A stretch of DNA of 64,000 nt from an uncultured Enterobacteriaceae bacterium (GTDB taxonomy: Bacteria > Pseudomonadota > Gammaproteobacteria > Burkholderiales > SG8-39). Shown in pieces: positions 1 to 9,318 of this stretch. How positions within the stretch are numbered: the first letter of the stretch is position 1; every line of letters starts with the position of its first letter. Made by a program: the position numbers and the translations under genes. The notes under the pieces are model-generated. The model did no database searches and was not told where the DNA came from. It saw only the letters and a list, made by a program, of their open reading frames with translations. The stretch spans positions 4,121-68,120 of the forward strand of contig CAZNVH010000002.1 of the NCBI GenBank assembly GCA_964576525.1, in the 5' to 3' direction.

Positions 1-293
1 ATGGCGCCTCGACCTGGCAGAAGTTCAAGTACATCACCTGGCCGTCGCTGCGCACGCTGTACCTGAGCTCGACCATCCTGTCGATGATCTGGTCGCTCGG
101 CGACTTCAACAGCGTCTACCTGCTCACCGGCGGCGGGCCGGCGGACCTGACGCACGTGCTGGCGACGCTCGGCATCCGCTACATCAGGCTCGACCAGGTG
201 GACATGGCGATGGCGACCATCGTCTGCGCGATGCCGCTGGTGCTGCCGCTCGTGTATTTCATGATGAAGAACCTGTCGCGGCCTGCGCAATGA
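1..293 (+). CDS. carbohydrate-type ABC transporter permease, C-terminal fragment (5' end outside window)
   Basis: Open frame from the window edge to TGA 291-293. The tail ...GDFNSVYLLTGGGPADLTHVLATLGIRY... resembles MalF/UgpA-type permease C-termini. The stop overlaps the next permease start (ATGA 290-293). Confidence 0.75.
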   Translation, partial: GASTWQKFKYITWPSLRTLYLSSTILSMIWSLGDFNSVYLLTGGGPADLTHVLATLGIRYIRLDQVDMAMATIVCAMPLVLPLVYFMMKNLSRPAQ

Positions 294-1128
294 AGCGGAA
301 ATTCTCGAAGGAGGCGCTGCTGGTCCTGCTGGCGATCCCGATCCTGCTGTGGACGCTGCTGCCGATCTACCACATCTTCCTGTTCTCCATCTCCTCGAAA
401 GATTCCGCGTTCTCCGGCGCGCTGTGGCCCGACAAGCCGACCGTCCACAACTTCGGCACCATCCTGCGCCAGGAGCATTTCTACCTGCACCACTTCTGGT
501 CGCAGATCTGGAACTCGCTGTGGATCGCGGTCGCGGTGGGGGTGATCACGCTGGCGGTGGCCACCTGTGCTGCATTTGCAATTAGCAGATTGAAAGTCAA
601 AGGCGGTCGGGCGGTGATGAACCTGGCGCTGTTCACCTACTTCATCCCGGCGGCGTTCCTCGCCATCCCGATGTACAAGGCGATGGGGATGTACGGCCTG
701 CTCAACAACCGCTGGTCGCTGGTGCTGGCGATGGTGACGCTCGCCTCGCCCTACGCCATCTGGGTGCTGAAGCAGGCCTCCGACAAGCTGCCCTACGAGC
801 TCGACGAGGCGGCGAGGATCGACGGCGCGACGCCGCTGCAGCTGTTCCGCCTGGTGTACCTGCCGCTGATGGTGCCCTCGCTCATCGCCATCGGCACCTA
901 CGCCCTGCTGCTGGCGTGGAACGAGTACCTCTATGCTTATCTTCTTTTAAGTCATGAAAGAACGATTCCTCTGGCGGTCGCCCTCGGCCACTTCATCGCC
1001 GCCGACGATTCGCCCTGGGAACTGCTGATGGCGACCGGCCTGGTGTACGCGCTGCCCCCAGCGGCGATCTACTACGTGTTCCGGCGCTACATGGTTTCCG
1101 GACTGACCTCCGGGGCGGTGAAGGCCTG

Positions 1129-1129
<1 letters not shown>
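290..1129 (+). CDS. carbohydrate ABC transporter permease (MalG/UgpE-like)
   Basis: 279-aa multi-TM ORF with an EAA-like loop (LDEAARIDGATPLQLFRLVYLPL). Translationally coupled to both neighbours. Confidence 0.9.
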
Positions 1130-2171
<1,042 letters not shown>

Positions 2172-2172
<1 letters not shown>

Positions 2173-2241
2173 AATTCGGGGTCAGGGTCGCAATTCGTTT
2201 TTGCGTACGCAGAAACGAATTGCGACCCTGACCCCGAATTC
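2172..2241. repeat. 70-bp near-perfect palindromic intergenic element, copy A
   Basis: GAATTCGGGGTCAGGGTCGCAATTCGTTTT-TGCGTACGCA-GAAACGAATTGCGACCCTGACCCCGAATTC. The arms pair 29/30. A second copy lies at 5770-5839. Confidence 0.9.
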
Positions 2242-2243
2242 AT

Positions 2244-3218
2244 ATGGCTGAGCAAAAAGATTGGGCATTCCCGGCCGAGATGCGGCCGCGGCCCGAGGAT
2301 TGGCGCTTCGACCTCGACCGCGCGCTCGACGCCGTGGTGCTGCTGCGCTCCGAGATCCCCGAGGACGCGTTCACCGCGCCGCTGCTCGGCACCGAGCGCG
2401 CCGGCAACGGCATCGTGATCCGCGACGACGGCCTGGTGCTGACCATCGGCTACCTGATCACCGAGGCGAGCGTCATCTGGCTCGCGACCAACAAGGGCAC
2501 CGCGGTCGGCGGCTTCCCGATCGCCTACGACCAGGCGACCGGCTTCGGCCTGGTGCAGCCGCTCGGCAAGCTCGGCGTGCGCGCGATCGAGCGTGGCTCG
2601 GCCAGCGCGATCCGCGTCGGCGAGAACGTGGTGGTCGCCGGGCACGGCGGGCGCGCGCACGCGCTCAAGGCCACGGTGTTCGCCAAGCGCGAGTTCGCCG
2701 GCTACTGGGAGTACGTGCTCGACGAGGCGCTGTTCACCACGCCGGCGCACCCGCAGTGGGGCGGCGCCGCGCTGATCGGCCCCGACGGCAAGCTCGCCGG
2801 CATCGGCTCACTGCTGGTGCAGGAGAAGATCGACGCCGGCACCATCCAGGGCAACATGCTGGTGCCGATCGACCTGCTCGAGCCGATCCTCGACGATCTC
2901 CTCAAGACGGGCAAGGCCAACCGCCCGCCGCGTCCCTGGCTCGGCCTGTACACCGCCGAGGCCGGCAACCGCATCGTGGTCGCCGGCCTGGCGCCCGGCG
3001 GCCCCGCCGAGCGCGCCGGCGTCGCCGTCGGCGACATGCTGCTCGAGGTCGCGGGCGGGAAGCCCGCCAGCCTCGCCGACGTGTGGCGCAAGGTCTGGCG
3101 CCTCGGCTCGGCCGGCGCGGTGGTGCCGCTCAAGCTCGCCCGCGGCGGCAAGATTTCGGATCTAAGCGTCACCACCGCCGACCGCAGCGACTTCCTCAAG
3201 AAACCCCACCTGCATTAA
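2244..3218 (+). CDS. trypsin-fold (S1C/DegP-like) domain + PDZ domain protein, no signal peptide
   Basis: 324-aa ORF. The C-terminal part (PWLGLYTAE...GGPAERAGVAVGDMLLEVAG) looks PDZ-like. Paralog of 42626-43591. Confidence 0.8.
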   Translation: MAEQKDWAFPAEMRPRPEDWRFDLDRALDAVVLLRSEIPEDAFTAPLLGTERAGNGIVIRDDGLVLTIGYLITEASVIWLATNKGTAVGGFPIAYDQATGFGLVQPLGKLGVRAIERGSASAIRVGENVVVAGHGGRAHALKATVFAKREFAGYWEYVLDEALFTTPAHPQWGGAALIGPDGKLAGIGSLLVQEKIDAGTIQGNMLVPIDLLEPILDDLLKTGKANRPPRPWLGLYTAEAGNRIVVAGLAPGGPAERAGVAVGDMLLEVAGGKPASLADVWRKVWRLGSAGAVVPLKLARGGKISDLSVTTADRSDFLKKPHLH

Positions 3219-3224
3219 TCAGGC

Positions 3225-3280
3225 ATTAATCAGGGACAGACCACGTTTTCCGCGGAAAACGTGGTCTGTCCCTGATTAAT
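3225..3280. terminator. perfect 56-bp palindrome between convergent genes (likely bidirectional terminator or REP-like element)
   Basis: ATTAATCAGGGACAGACCACGTTTTCCG|CGGAAAACGTGGTCTGTCCCTGATTAAT. It overlaps the stop of the hydrolase gene (3276-3278). Confidence 0.6.
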
Positions 3281-4004
3281 GTTTCTGGATGAAATCCAGG
3301 ACTGCGCTGTTGAAGGCCTCGGGCTGCTCCCAGAAGGCCGAGTGCCCGCACTCGGGAACGATCAGCGACTCGCAGTTCGGGAAGCGCGCGGCGAGAAGCC
3401 GCAGCACTGAAGGCGGCGTGTAGAGGTCGGCGTCGCCGGTCAGCAGCAACGTCGGAAGCCTGATCGTCGCGAGCGCCGCGTAGGTGATGCGGTTACGCGC
3501 GGGCTGCGACTTCACATGCGATGCCAGGCCCGCCCAGCGCCGCGTCCCCTCGGGATTCGCGGCGCGGTACGAGGGGCCGAGCTCGCGCAGCTCCGCGGGC
3601 AGCGCGTTGAATTCGGGCGCGGGCCGCAGCCGGCGCGACATCTCGAGATAGTCCTCGTCCTGCACCCCGACGATGCTGTTGGCGATCACCAGGCTGCGCA
3701 GCCGCTGCGGGTGCGACAGCGCGTAGTCGACGGCGACGATGCCGCCGGCCGCGGTGCCGACGAGGTGGAAGCGCTCGAGGACGAGCTGCTCGACCAGCGC
3801 CTCGAGATCCTCGAGCGCCGCGCCCTCGCTCCTGCGGTCGTAGGCGATGAAGCGGTAACCGGCGCCGGTGAAGGCCGGCACCTGGTGCTCCCACATGCGG
3901 CTGTTCCCCGAACCCGCGTGCAGGAAGACGACCGGAGGCCCCTCGCCGCTGCCTTCGCCGCCGCTGTCCTGGTAGCGGATGCCCTTCCCGGGAAGCTCGA
4001 GCAT
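3276..4004 (-). CDS. alpha/beta-fold hydrolase family protein (nucleophile position is Ala)
   Basis: 242 aa. Has an oxyanion-like VVFLHAGSGN, the nucleophile elbow reads GTAAGG instead of G-x-S-x-G, and the acid/His regions GDADLY and CGHSAF are present. Confidence 0.85.
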   Translation of the reverse strand: MLELPGKGIRYQDSGGEGSGEGPPVVFLHAGSGNSRMWEHQVPAFTGAGYRFIAYDRRSEGAALEDLEALVEQLVLERFHLVGTAAGGIVAVDYALSHPQRLRSLVIANSIVGVQDEDYLEMSRRLRPAPEFNALPAELRELGPSYRAANPEGTRRWAGLASHVKSQPARNRITYAALATIRLPTLLLTGDADLYTPPSVLRLLAARFPNCESLIVPECGHSAFWEQPEAFNSAVLDFIQKH

Positions 4005-4010
4005 CGCCGG

Positions 4011-4877
4011 CTAGCGCTCGATCCTGGCCTCGCGCAGGTAGCGGCGCACGCCGGGATGCAGCAGCTCGGCGCGCGGCGCGGCGACGAGCGTGTTCGCCAT
4101 CGTGGTCTCGCGTGCCTGCTCCAGTCGCGCCGCGAGCGGCGCCTCCGCCCGGTGCACCGCGCGGGCGAGCAGGTAGGCCGCGTCCTCCTTCAAGTCCTTG
4201 CTCGCCAGGACATAGCTCCACGAGCCGACGGAATGGAGCGGCGCGTCCTGGCCCGGATAGCTCTTCGCCGGGAGGGTGACTGCTTGAAGGGCAGGATTTT
4301 TCTTCAAAATCATTTCTACTTCATTGGGGTTCGGCGCGATGAAGCGTCCGCCCGATTTCGCCAGCGCGGTGAACGCCGGCCAGCCCACGCCCGCGCCCCA
4401 CAGCGCGTCGGCGCGCCCGTCGGTCAGCATCGGCGGGCCGTCGGCCGCCTTTTCGAGAAAGATTGGCGTGACCGGAATTGAAAGGCTTTCCAGCACAGTC
4501 CGCCCGAGCGCGGTGACACCGGAGGCCTGCGTTCCCATTACTACCGGCTTGCCTCGCAGATCGGAGATCGAGCGATGCGGGCTGTCGCCGCGCACGATGA
4601 ACATGCCAGGCGAGGAGTACATCGCCGCGACGACGCGCAGCGGCGTGCCCGGTTTCGCCAGCGCCGCCGAGGCGATCTCGCCCGCCACCAGCGCGAGGTC
4701 GAGCTTGCCCGCCTCGAGCAGCGGCACGTTCTCGGTCGAGCCCTTGGTGTTGCGCGGCTCGACGCGCAGGCGCGGCTCCTGCGCGTTCACCATCTCGGCG
4801 AAGGCCGCGCCGTACAGCGGGAAGCCGCCGCCGGGCGTGGCGGTGCCGAGGATCAGGACGATCAGCGCCTCGTTCAT
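4011..4877 (-). CDS. TAXI-family TRAP solute-binding-like protein, leaderless
   Basis: 288 aa. LILGTATPGGGFPLYG matches the start of the mature domain of the TAXI paralog at 48821-49825. Only about 4 residues precede it. Confidence 0.8.
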   Translation of the reverse strand: MNEALIVLILGTATPGGGFPLYGAAFAEMVNAQEPRLRVEPRNTKGSTENVPLLEAGKLDLALVAGEIASAALAKPGTPLRVVAAMYSSPGMFIVRGDSPHRSISDLRGKPVVMGTQASGVTALGRTVLESLSIPVTPIFLEKAADGPPMLTDGRADALWGAGVGWPAFTALAKSGGRFIAPNPNEVEMILKKNPALQAVTLPAKSYPGQDAPLHSVGSWSYVLASKDLKEDAAYLLARAVHRAEAPLAARLEQARETTMANTLVAAPRAELLHPGVRRYLREARIER

Positions 4878-4884
4878 GAGACGC

Positions 4885-5739
4885 TCATTCCACCCACTGC
4901 GGCGCCTTCGGCACCTTGGCGTGCTGCTCCAGGTCGTGGTTGACCCAGAGCTGCGCCCCAGTCTTCGCGGCGTAGGCCTTCATCGCGTCGATGGTCAGCA
5001 TGCTGCGCTGCACGTCGAAGTTGAACGACGGCACGACGCGGAAGTTCCAGCTGTACTGCAGGTGCACCATGTCGCCCGACAGCATCACCGCGCCGGTCTT
5101 CGGCAGGCGCACCACCAGCACCTGGTGCCCGGGAGTATGGCCGGGCGCGGCCACCACCGTCACCGAGCCGTCGCCGAACACGTCGTACTCGCCGTCGATG
5201 ATCATCGCGGGGTTGCCGCGCAGCTTGTCGAAGTTCGACGGGATGAAGCCGAACTTCTGCGGCTCGGCGCCGAACATCGCCGCGTATTCGGCGCGCTGCA
5301 CGTACAGCGTCGCCGAGGTGAAGAGGTTGGCGTTGCCCGAATGGTCGCCGTGCGCGTGCGACAGGGCGAAGTGCTTGATGTCGCCGGGCGCCACGCCGAG
5401 CTCCTTCAGCGACTCGGCGAGCGGCTTCTTCATGAACACCGTGATCGTGCCGCCGGCCACCGCCATGCCGTCGGGCATCGCCGCGAGGCGGTCGGAGTTG
5501 CCGGTGTCCCACAGCATCCAGCCCTTCGCGTGCTTGATCAGGTAGCAGTGGTTGCCGAAGACATGCGCCTTGCCGACGTTGACCCCGGGCGTCCAGCGCG
5601 ACAGGTCCTTGACGTGGTTCTCGCCGCAGCTGATGACGTACATGCGCTCGACGCCGCCGCTTTTCTCCGGGGACGTGGCGCACGCCGCCAGCAAGAGGAA
5701 AACAGGGACAGACCACGTTTTTCTCATTTCGCTCTTCAT
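4885..5739 (-). CDS. MBL-fold metallo-hydrolase (lactonase-like), probable lipoprotein
   Basis: HAHGDHSGN (HxHxDH) motif and the signal/lipobox RKTWSVPVFLLLAAC. The maximal ORF extends to 5754. I prefer the ATG at 5739 (GAGGAG just upstream), and 5727 is also possible. Confidence 0.8.
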   Translation of the reverse strand: MKSEMRKTWSVPVFLLLAACATSPEKSGGVERMYVISCGENHVKDLSRWTPGVNVGKAHVFGNHCYLIKHAKGWMLWDTGNSDRLAAMPDGMAVAGGTITVFMKKPLAESLKELGVAPGDIKHFALSHAHGDHSGNANLFTSATLYVQRAEYAAMFGAEPQKFGFIPSNFDKLRGNPAMIIDGEYDVFGDGSVTVVAAPGHTPGHQVLVVRLPKTGAVMLSGDMVHLQYSWNFRVVPSFNFDVQRSMLTIDAMKAYAAKTGAQLWVNHDLEQHAKVPKAPQWVE

Positions 5740-5769
5740 AATCTCCTCTTCCATCTCGAAAAAACGTGT

Positions 5770-5839
5770 GAATTCGGGGCCAGGGTCACAACTCGTTTAC
5801 GCGTACGCAGAAACGAGTTGTGACCCTGACCCCGAATTC
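5770..5839. repeat. 70-bp palindromic intergenic element, copy B
   Basis: GAATTCGGGGCCAGGGTCACAACTCGTTTA-CGCGTACGCA-GAAACGAGTTGTGACCCTGACCCCGAATTC. Same architecture as 2172-2241. Its right end overlaps the mmsA stop. Confidence 0.9.
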
Positions 5840-7328
5840 ATCCCAGGGTCGGCATGTTCAGGCCCGGCGCCGGGGTGTCCTGGTGCGGCCAGCGCGTGGT
5901 GATCGTCTTGGTGCGCGTGTAGAACTTGACGCTCTCGGTGCCGTGCACGTGCAGGTCGCCGAACAGCGAGCTCTTCCAGCCGCCGAACGAGTAGTAGGCC
6001 ACCGGCACCGGGATCGGCACGTTGATGCCGACCATGCCGACCTGGATCTCGGCGGCGAAGCGGCGCGCCGCTCCGCCCGACTCGGTGAAGATCGCGGTGC
6101 CGTTGGCGTACGGATTCCGGTTGATCAGCTCGATCGCGCTTTCCAGGCTTTCCGCCCTCAAGACGATCAGGATCGGGCCGAAGATCTCGTTCTTGTAGAT
6201 CTCCATCTGCGGCGTGACGTGGTCGAACAGCGAGGTGCCGAGATAGAAACCGTCCTGCGGCACCTGCTGCTTGCGCGCGTCGACCACGAGCTTCGCGCCT
6301 TCCTTGACGCCGATGTCGATGTACGAGGCGACCTTGTCGCGGTGCTGGCAGGTGACCAGCGGTCCCATATCGACACCCAGCTTTATGGCTTTTGCTTTCT
6401 GCTCAAGCAAACGAACTAAAGGATCTCCTGCTGCGCCGACGGCCACCACCGCCGAGATCGCCATGCAGCGCTCGCCCGCCGAGCCGTAGGCCGCGCCGAT
6501 CAGCGCGTCGGCGGCGAACTCGAGGTCCGCATCCGGCAGCACCACGGCGTGGTTCTTCGCGCCGCCGAGCGCCTGCACGCGCTTGCCGGCGCGCGCCGCG
6601 GTCTCGTAGATGTACTTCGCAATCGGCGTAGAGCCCACAAAGGATATTGCGGAAATTTTTTCATGCAAAAGCAAGGCATCTACGGCCACCTTGTCCCCAT
6701 GCACGACGTTGAATACGCCGTCGGGCAGGCCGGCTTCCTTGAAGAGCCGCGCCATCAGGATCGATGCCGAAGGCACCTTCTCCGACGGCTTCAGGATGAA
6801 AGTGTTGCCGCAGGCGATGGCCATCGGGAACATCCACAGCGGCACCATCACCGGGAAATTGAACGGCGTGATCCCGGCGCAGACTCCGACCGGCTGGCGC
6901 AGGCTATGCGTGTCGACCTGCGTGCCGACGTTCTCGGAGTACTCGCCTTTCAGAAGATGCGGAATGCCGCAGGCGAACTCGACCACCTCGATGCCGCGCT
7001 GCACCGAGCCCATCGCGTCGGCGAGCACCTTGCCGTGCTCGTCGGTGACGATTTCCGCAAGCGGCTTCTGATTCTTTTTCAGCAAAGACAGAAATTCTTG
7101 CATCACTCGGGCGCGCCGCAGCGGCGGCGTATCGCGCCACTCAGGGAATGCCGCGGCAGCGGCCGTGACGGCCGAATCAATCAGGCTGTTGTCTGAAAAA
7201 ACAACTCGCTTCGTCACCTGCCCGGTGGCCGGATTGAACACTTCGCCATAGCGCGCCGCGGAGGCGATGGGCTTGCCGCCGATCCAGGCGGGAACGGTGT
7301 CGAGCTCCAGTTCAGCTGGCTTGTTCAT
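5838..7328 (-). CDS. mmsA: CoA-acylating methylmalonate-semialdehyde dehydrogenase
   Basis: 496-aa aldehyde dehydrogenase with characteristic MmsA stretches (GITPFNFPVMVPLWMFP, FILKPSEKVP, GERCMA). Confidence 0.92.
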   Translation of the reverse strand: MNKPAELELDTVPAWIGGKPIASAARYGEVFNPATGQVTKRVVFSDNSLIDSAVTAAAAAFPEWRDTPPLRRARVMQEFLSLLKKNQKPLAEIVTDEHGKVLADAMGSVQRGIEVVEFACGIPHLLKGEYSENVGTQVDTHSLRQPVGVCAGITPFNFPVMVPLWMFPMAIACGNTFILKPSEKVPSASILMARLFKEAGLPDGVFNVVHGDKVAVDALLLHEKISAISFVGSTPIAKYIYETAARAGKRVQALGGAKNHAVVLPDADLEFAADALIGAAYGSAGERCMAISAVVAVGAAGDPLVRLLEQKAKAIKLGVDMGPLVTCQHRDKVASYIDIGVKEGAKLVVDARKQQVPQDGFYLGTSLFDHVTPQMEIYKNEIFGPILIVLRAESLESAIELINRNPYANGTAIFTESGGAARRFAAEIQVGMVGINVPIPVPVAYYSFGGWKSSLFGDLHVHGTESVKFYTRTKTITTRWPHQDTPAPGLNMPTLG

Positions 7329-7920
7329 GCGACTGCCCCAGGTAGGCCGAGACCTTTGCGTCGGCCTCCAGCGCTGCGAAGTTCGGGTGGAGGGAAATTC
7401 TACCCCTCTCGACGTAGATGAAGCGCTCGCACACCTCGCGCAGGATCTCCAGGTGGTAGCGCTCGGTCGGGTGCAGGCAGAGGAACACCACCCTGCCCTC
7501 GGCGCGCAGCCGGCGGAAGAAGTCGAGCATGAAGCCGATGTAGCCGTCCTGGGTGTTGAACTGCGGCTCGTCGAACAGGTGGACGACGGGGTAAGGGGTC
7601 TTGGCGCGCGCCAGCAGGAACTCGGGCTTGCGCCGCCGGAACCGCCGCACCTGGTAGGACTGGTGATAGTGGATCGCCAGGCGGTCGCGCTCGCGCGCCT
7701 TGACGCTGTGGATGTCCTGCCCCATGCACACGACGCGGCCGGCGCTCGGCGTGTTGGAGCCGGTGATCAGCTCGAACAGCGTCGTCTTTCCCGAGCCGTT
7801 CGGGCCCATGACGCCGATGATCTCGGGCTTCTCGACGGTGAAGTCGGCCTCGAGGCGGAAGGTGGTCCGCCAGCGCCGCGAATATTCCTTCACCAGGCCC
7901 TGGACGCGGAGGATCGTCAT
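7312..7920 (-). CDS. ABC-type ATPase-like protein lacking the LSGGQ signature
   Basis: Start MTILRVQGL (ATGA overlap with the livF stop at 7917-7920). Walker A GPNGSGKTT, Walker B VVHLFDEP, H-loop LCLHP. The signature position reads RRFRRRK. Confidence 0.75.
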   Translation of the reverse strand: MTILRVQGLVKEYSRRWRTTFRLEADFTVEKPEIIGVMGPNGSGKTTLFELITGSNTPSAGRVVCMGQDIHSVKARERDRLAIHYHQSYQVRRFRRRKPEFLLARAKTPYPVVHLFDEPQFNTQDGYIGFMLDFFRRLRAEGRVVFLCLHPTERYHLEILREVCERFIYVERGRISLHPNFAALEADAKVSAYLGQSHEQAS

Positions 7921-8612
7921 GCGCCGAGGAGCTTTCCGCGCAGCGAGGAATCCTGCAGAAGATCGCGCGCCGGCCCGTGGTGCGCGATGCGCCCCTTGTC
8001 CATCACGTAGACCTTGTCCGCAACCGACAGCGCGGTGAGCACGTTCTGCTCGACCAGCAGCACCGCGACGCCTTCGGCCTTTAGTTTCCGGATCACGGCC
8101 AGGACCTGCTGCACCATGCGCGGCGCGAGACCCTGGCTCGGCTCGTCGAGCAGCACCAGCCCCGGCGAGCCGAGCAGCGCGCGCGAGATCGCCACCATCT
8201 GCATCTCGCCGCCGGAGAGGTTCTCGCATTCGCGGTGTCTCAGGTACTCGAGCGCCGAGAAGAACTCGAAGCACTCCCCGGTGGACCAGGCGCGGAACTT
8301 CGACCGCTTGCGCGCGATGCTGAGGTTGCGCTCGACCGTCAGGGTGGGGAAAACCCGGCGGTCGTCGGGCACCCAGCCGATGCCGCGCCGGGCGATCTCA
8401 TGCGTCGCCATGCGGGTGATGTCGGCTTGATCGAAGCGAATCGAGCCCCGGCGAGCCGGTGAAAGGCCCAGAATCGACCTGAGGGTCGTAGTCTTGCCCG
8501 CGCCGTTCGCGCCGAGCAGCGCGACAACCTCGCCTGCGGCCACGTCGAGGGAGACCCCGAAGAGGGCCTGGGTCTCTCCGTAGTAGGTCTGGATTTCGTT
8601 AACCGACAACAT
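7917..8612 (-). CDS. livF: branched-chain-amino-acid-type ABC transporter ATP-binding protein
   Basis: Walker A GANGAGKTT, signature LSGGEMQMVA, Walker B LLLDEPS. Confidence 0.9.
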   Translation of the reverse strand: MLSVNEIQTYYGETQALFGVSLDVAAGEVVALLGANGAGKTTTLRSILGLSPARRGSIRFDQADITRMATHEIARRGIGWVPDDRRVFPTLTVERNLSIARKRSKFRAWSTGECFEFFSALEYLRHRECENLSGGEMQMVAISRALLGSPGLVLLDEPSQGLAPRMVQQVLAVIRKLKAEGVAVLLVEQNVLTALSVADKVYVMDKGRIAHHGPARDLLQDSSLRGKLLGA

Positions 8613-9318
8613 TTCCCAGATTGGAGCGTTGCACCCACGGATTCGCCTGCAGCTCGGCCGGCGCGCCCTGGGCGATCACCTGCCCCCAGTGCATGACGTA
8701 GATGTGGTCGGCGAGGCCGAAGAGAAAACCCATATCGTGCTCGATCAGCACGATGGTGAGCGAGCGCTTGAGCCCGGCGATCAGCGCGGCGATGCGCGCC
8801 GTCGCCTCGGTGCCGAGCCCCGCAGTCGGCTCGTCGAGGAACAGAAGGCGCGGGCGCGCCGCGAGCGCGACGCCGATCTCGAGCGCGCGCCGGTCGCCGT
8901 AGGACAGGTCTTTCGCCCTGACGTGGGCCTTATCCGCCAGCCCGACCTGCTCGAGCACGTCGGTCGTTCCGCCGAAACGCCCGAAGAAGCTGTAGCCGCG
9001 GTCGCGGATCTCCGGCGTCGCCACCAGCACGTTGTCGAGCGCGCTGTAGTCGTCGAAGAGATTCATCACCTGGAACGAGCGCGAGATGCCCAGGCGCGCG
9101 ATGCGCCGCGGCGGCAGGCCGGTGATGTCGCGGCCCTCGAAGCTGACGCGGCCGCGGTCGGGCGCGTAGCGCCCGGTGAGCAGGTTGAAGCAGGTGGTCT
9201 TGCCGGCGCCGTTCGGACCCATGATGCCGGTGAGGCGCCCGGGCGCGAAGCGCATGCTCACGTCCTCGAGGACCACGTGGTCCCCGAAGCGCTTATGCAG
9301 GTGCGTGGCTTCGAACAT
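8599..9318 (-). CDS. livG: branched-chain-amino-acid-type ABC transporter ATP-binding protein
   Basis: Walker A GPNGAGKTT, signature LSYGDRRALE, Walker B LFLDEPTAG. Confidence 0.9.
   Translation of the reverse strand: MFEATHLHKRFGDHVVLEDVSMRFAPGRLTGIMGPNGAGKTTCFNLLTGRYAPDRGRVSFEGRDITGLPPRRIARLGISRSFQVMNLFDDYSALDNVLVATPEIRDRGYSFFGRFGGTTDVLEQVGLADKAHVRAKDLSYGDRRALEIGVALAARPRLLFLDEPTAGLGTEATARIAALIAGLKRSLTIVLIEHDMGFLFGLADHIYVMHWGQVIAQGAPAELQANPWVQRSNLGNVVG

Noticed and set aside
4324-5823. 499-aa plus-strand ORF spanning the TAXI and MBL genes.
   Set aside because: It is antisense to two well-supported minus-strand genes. Its composition is Arg/Ala/His-rich with no motifs.
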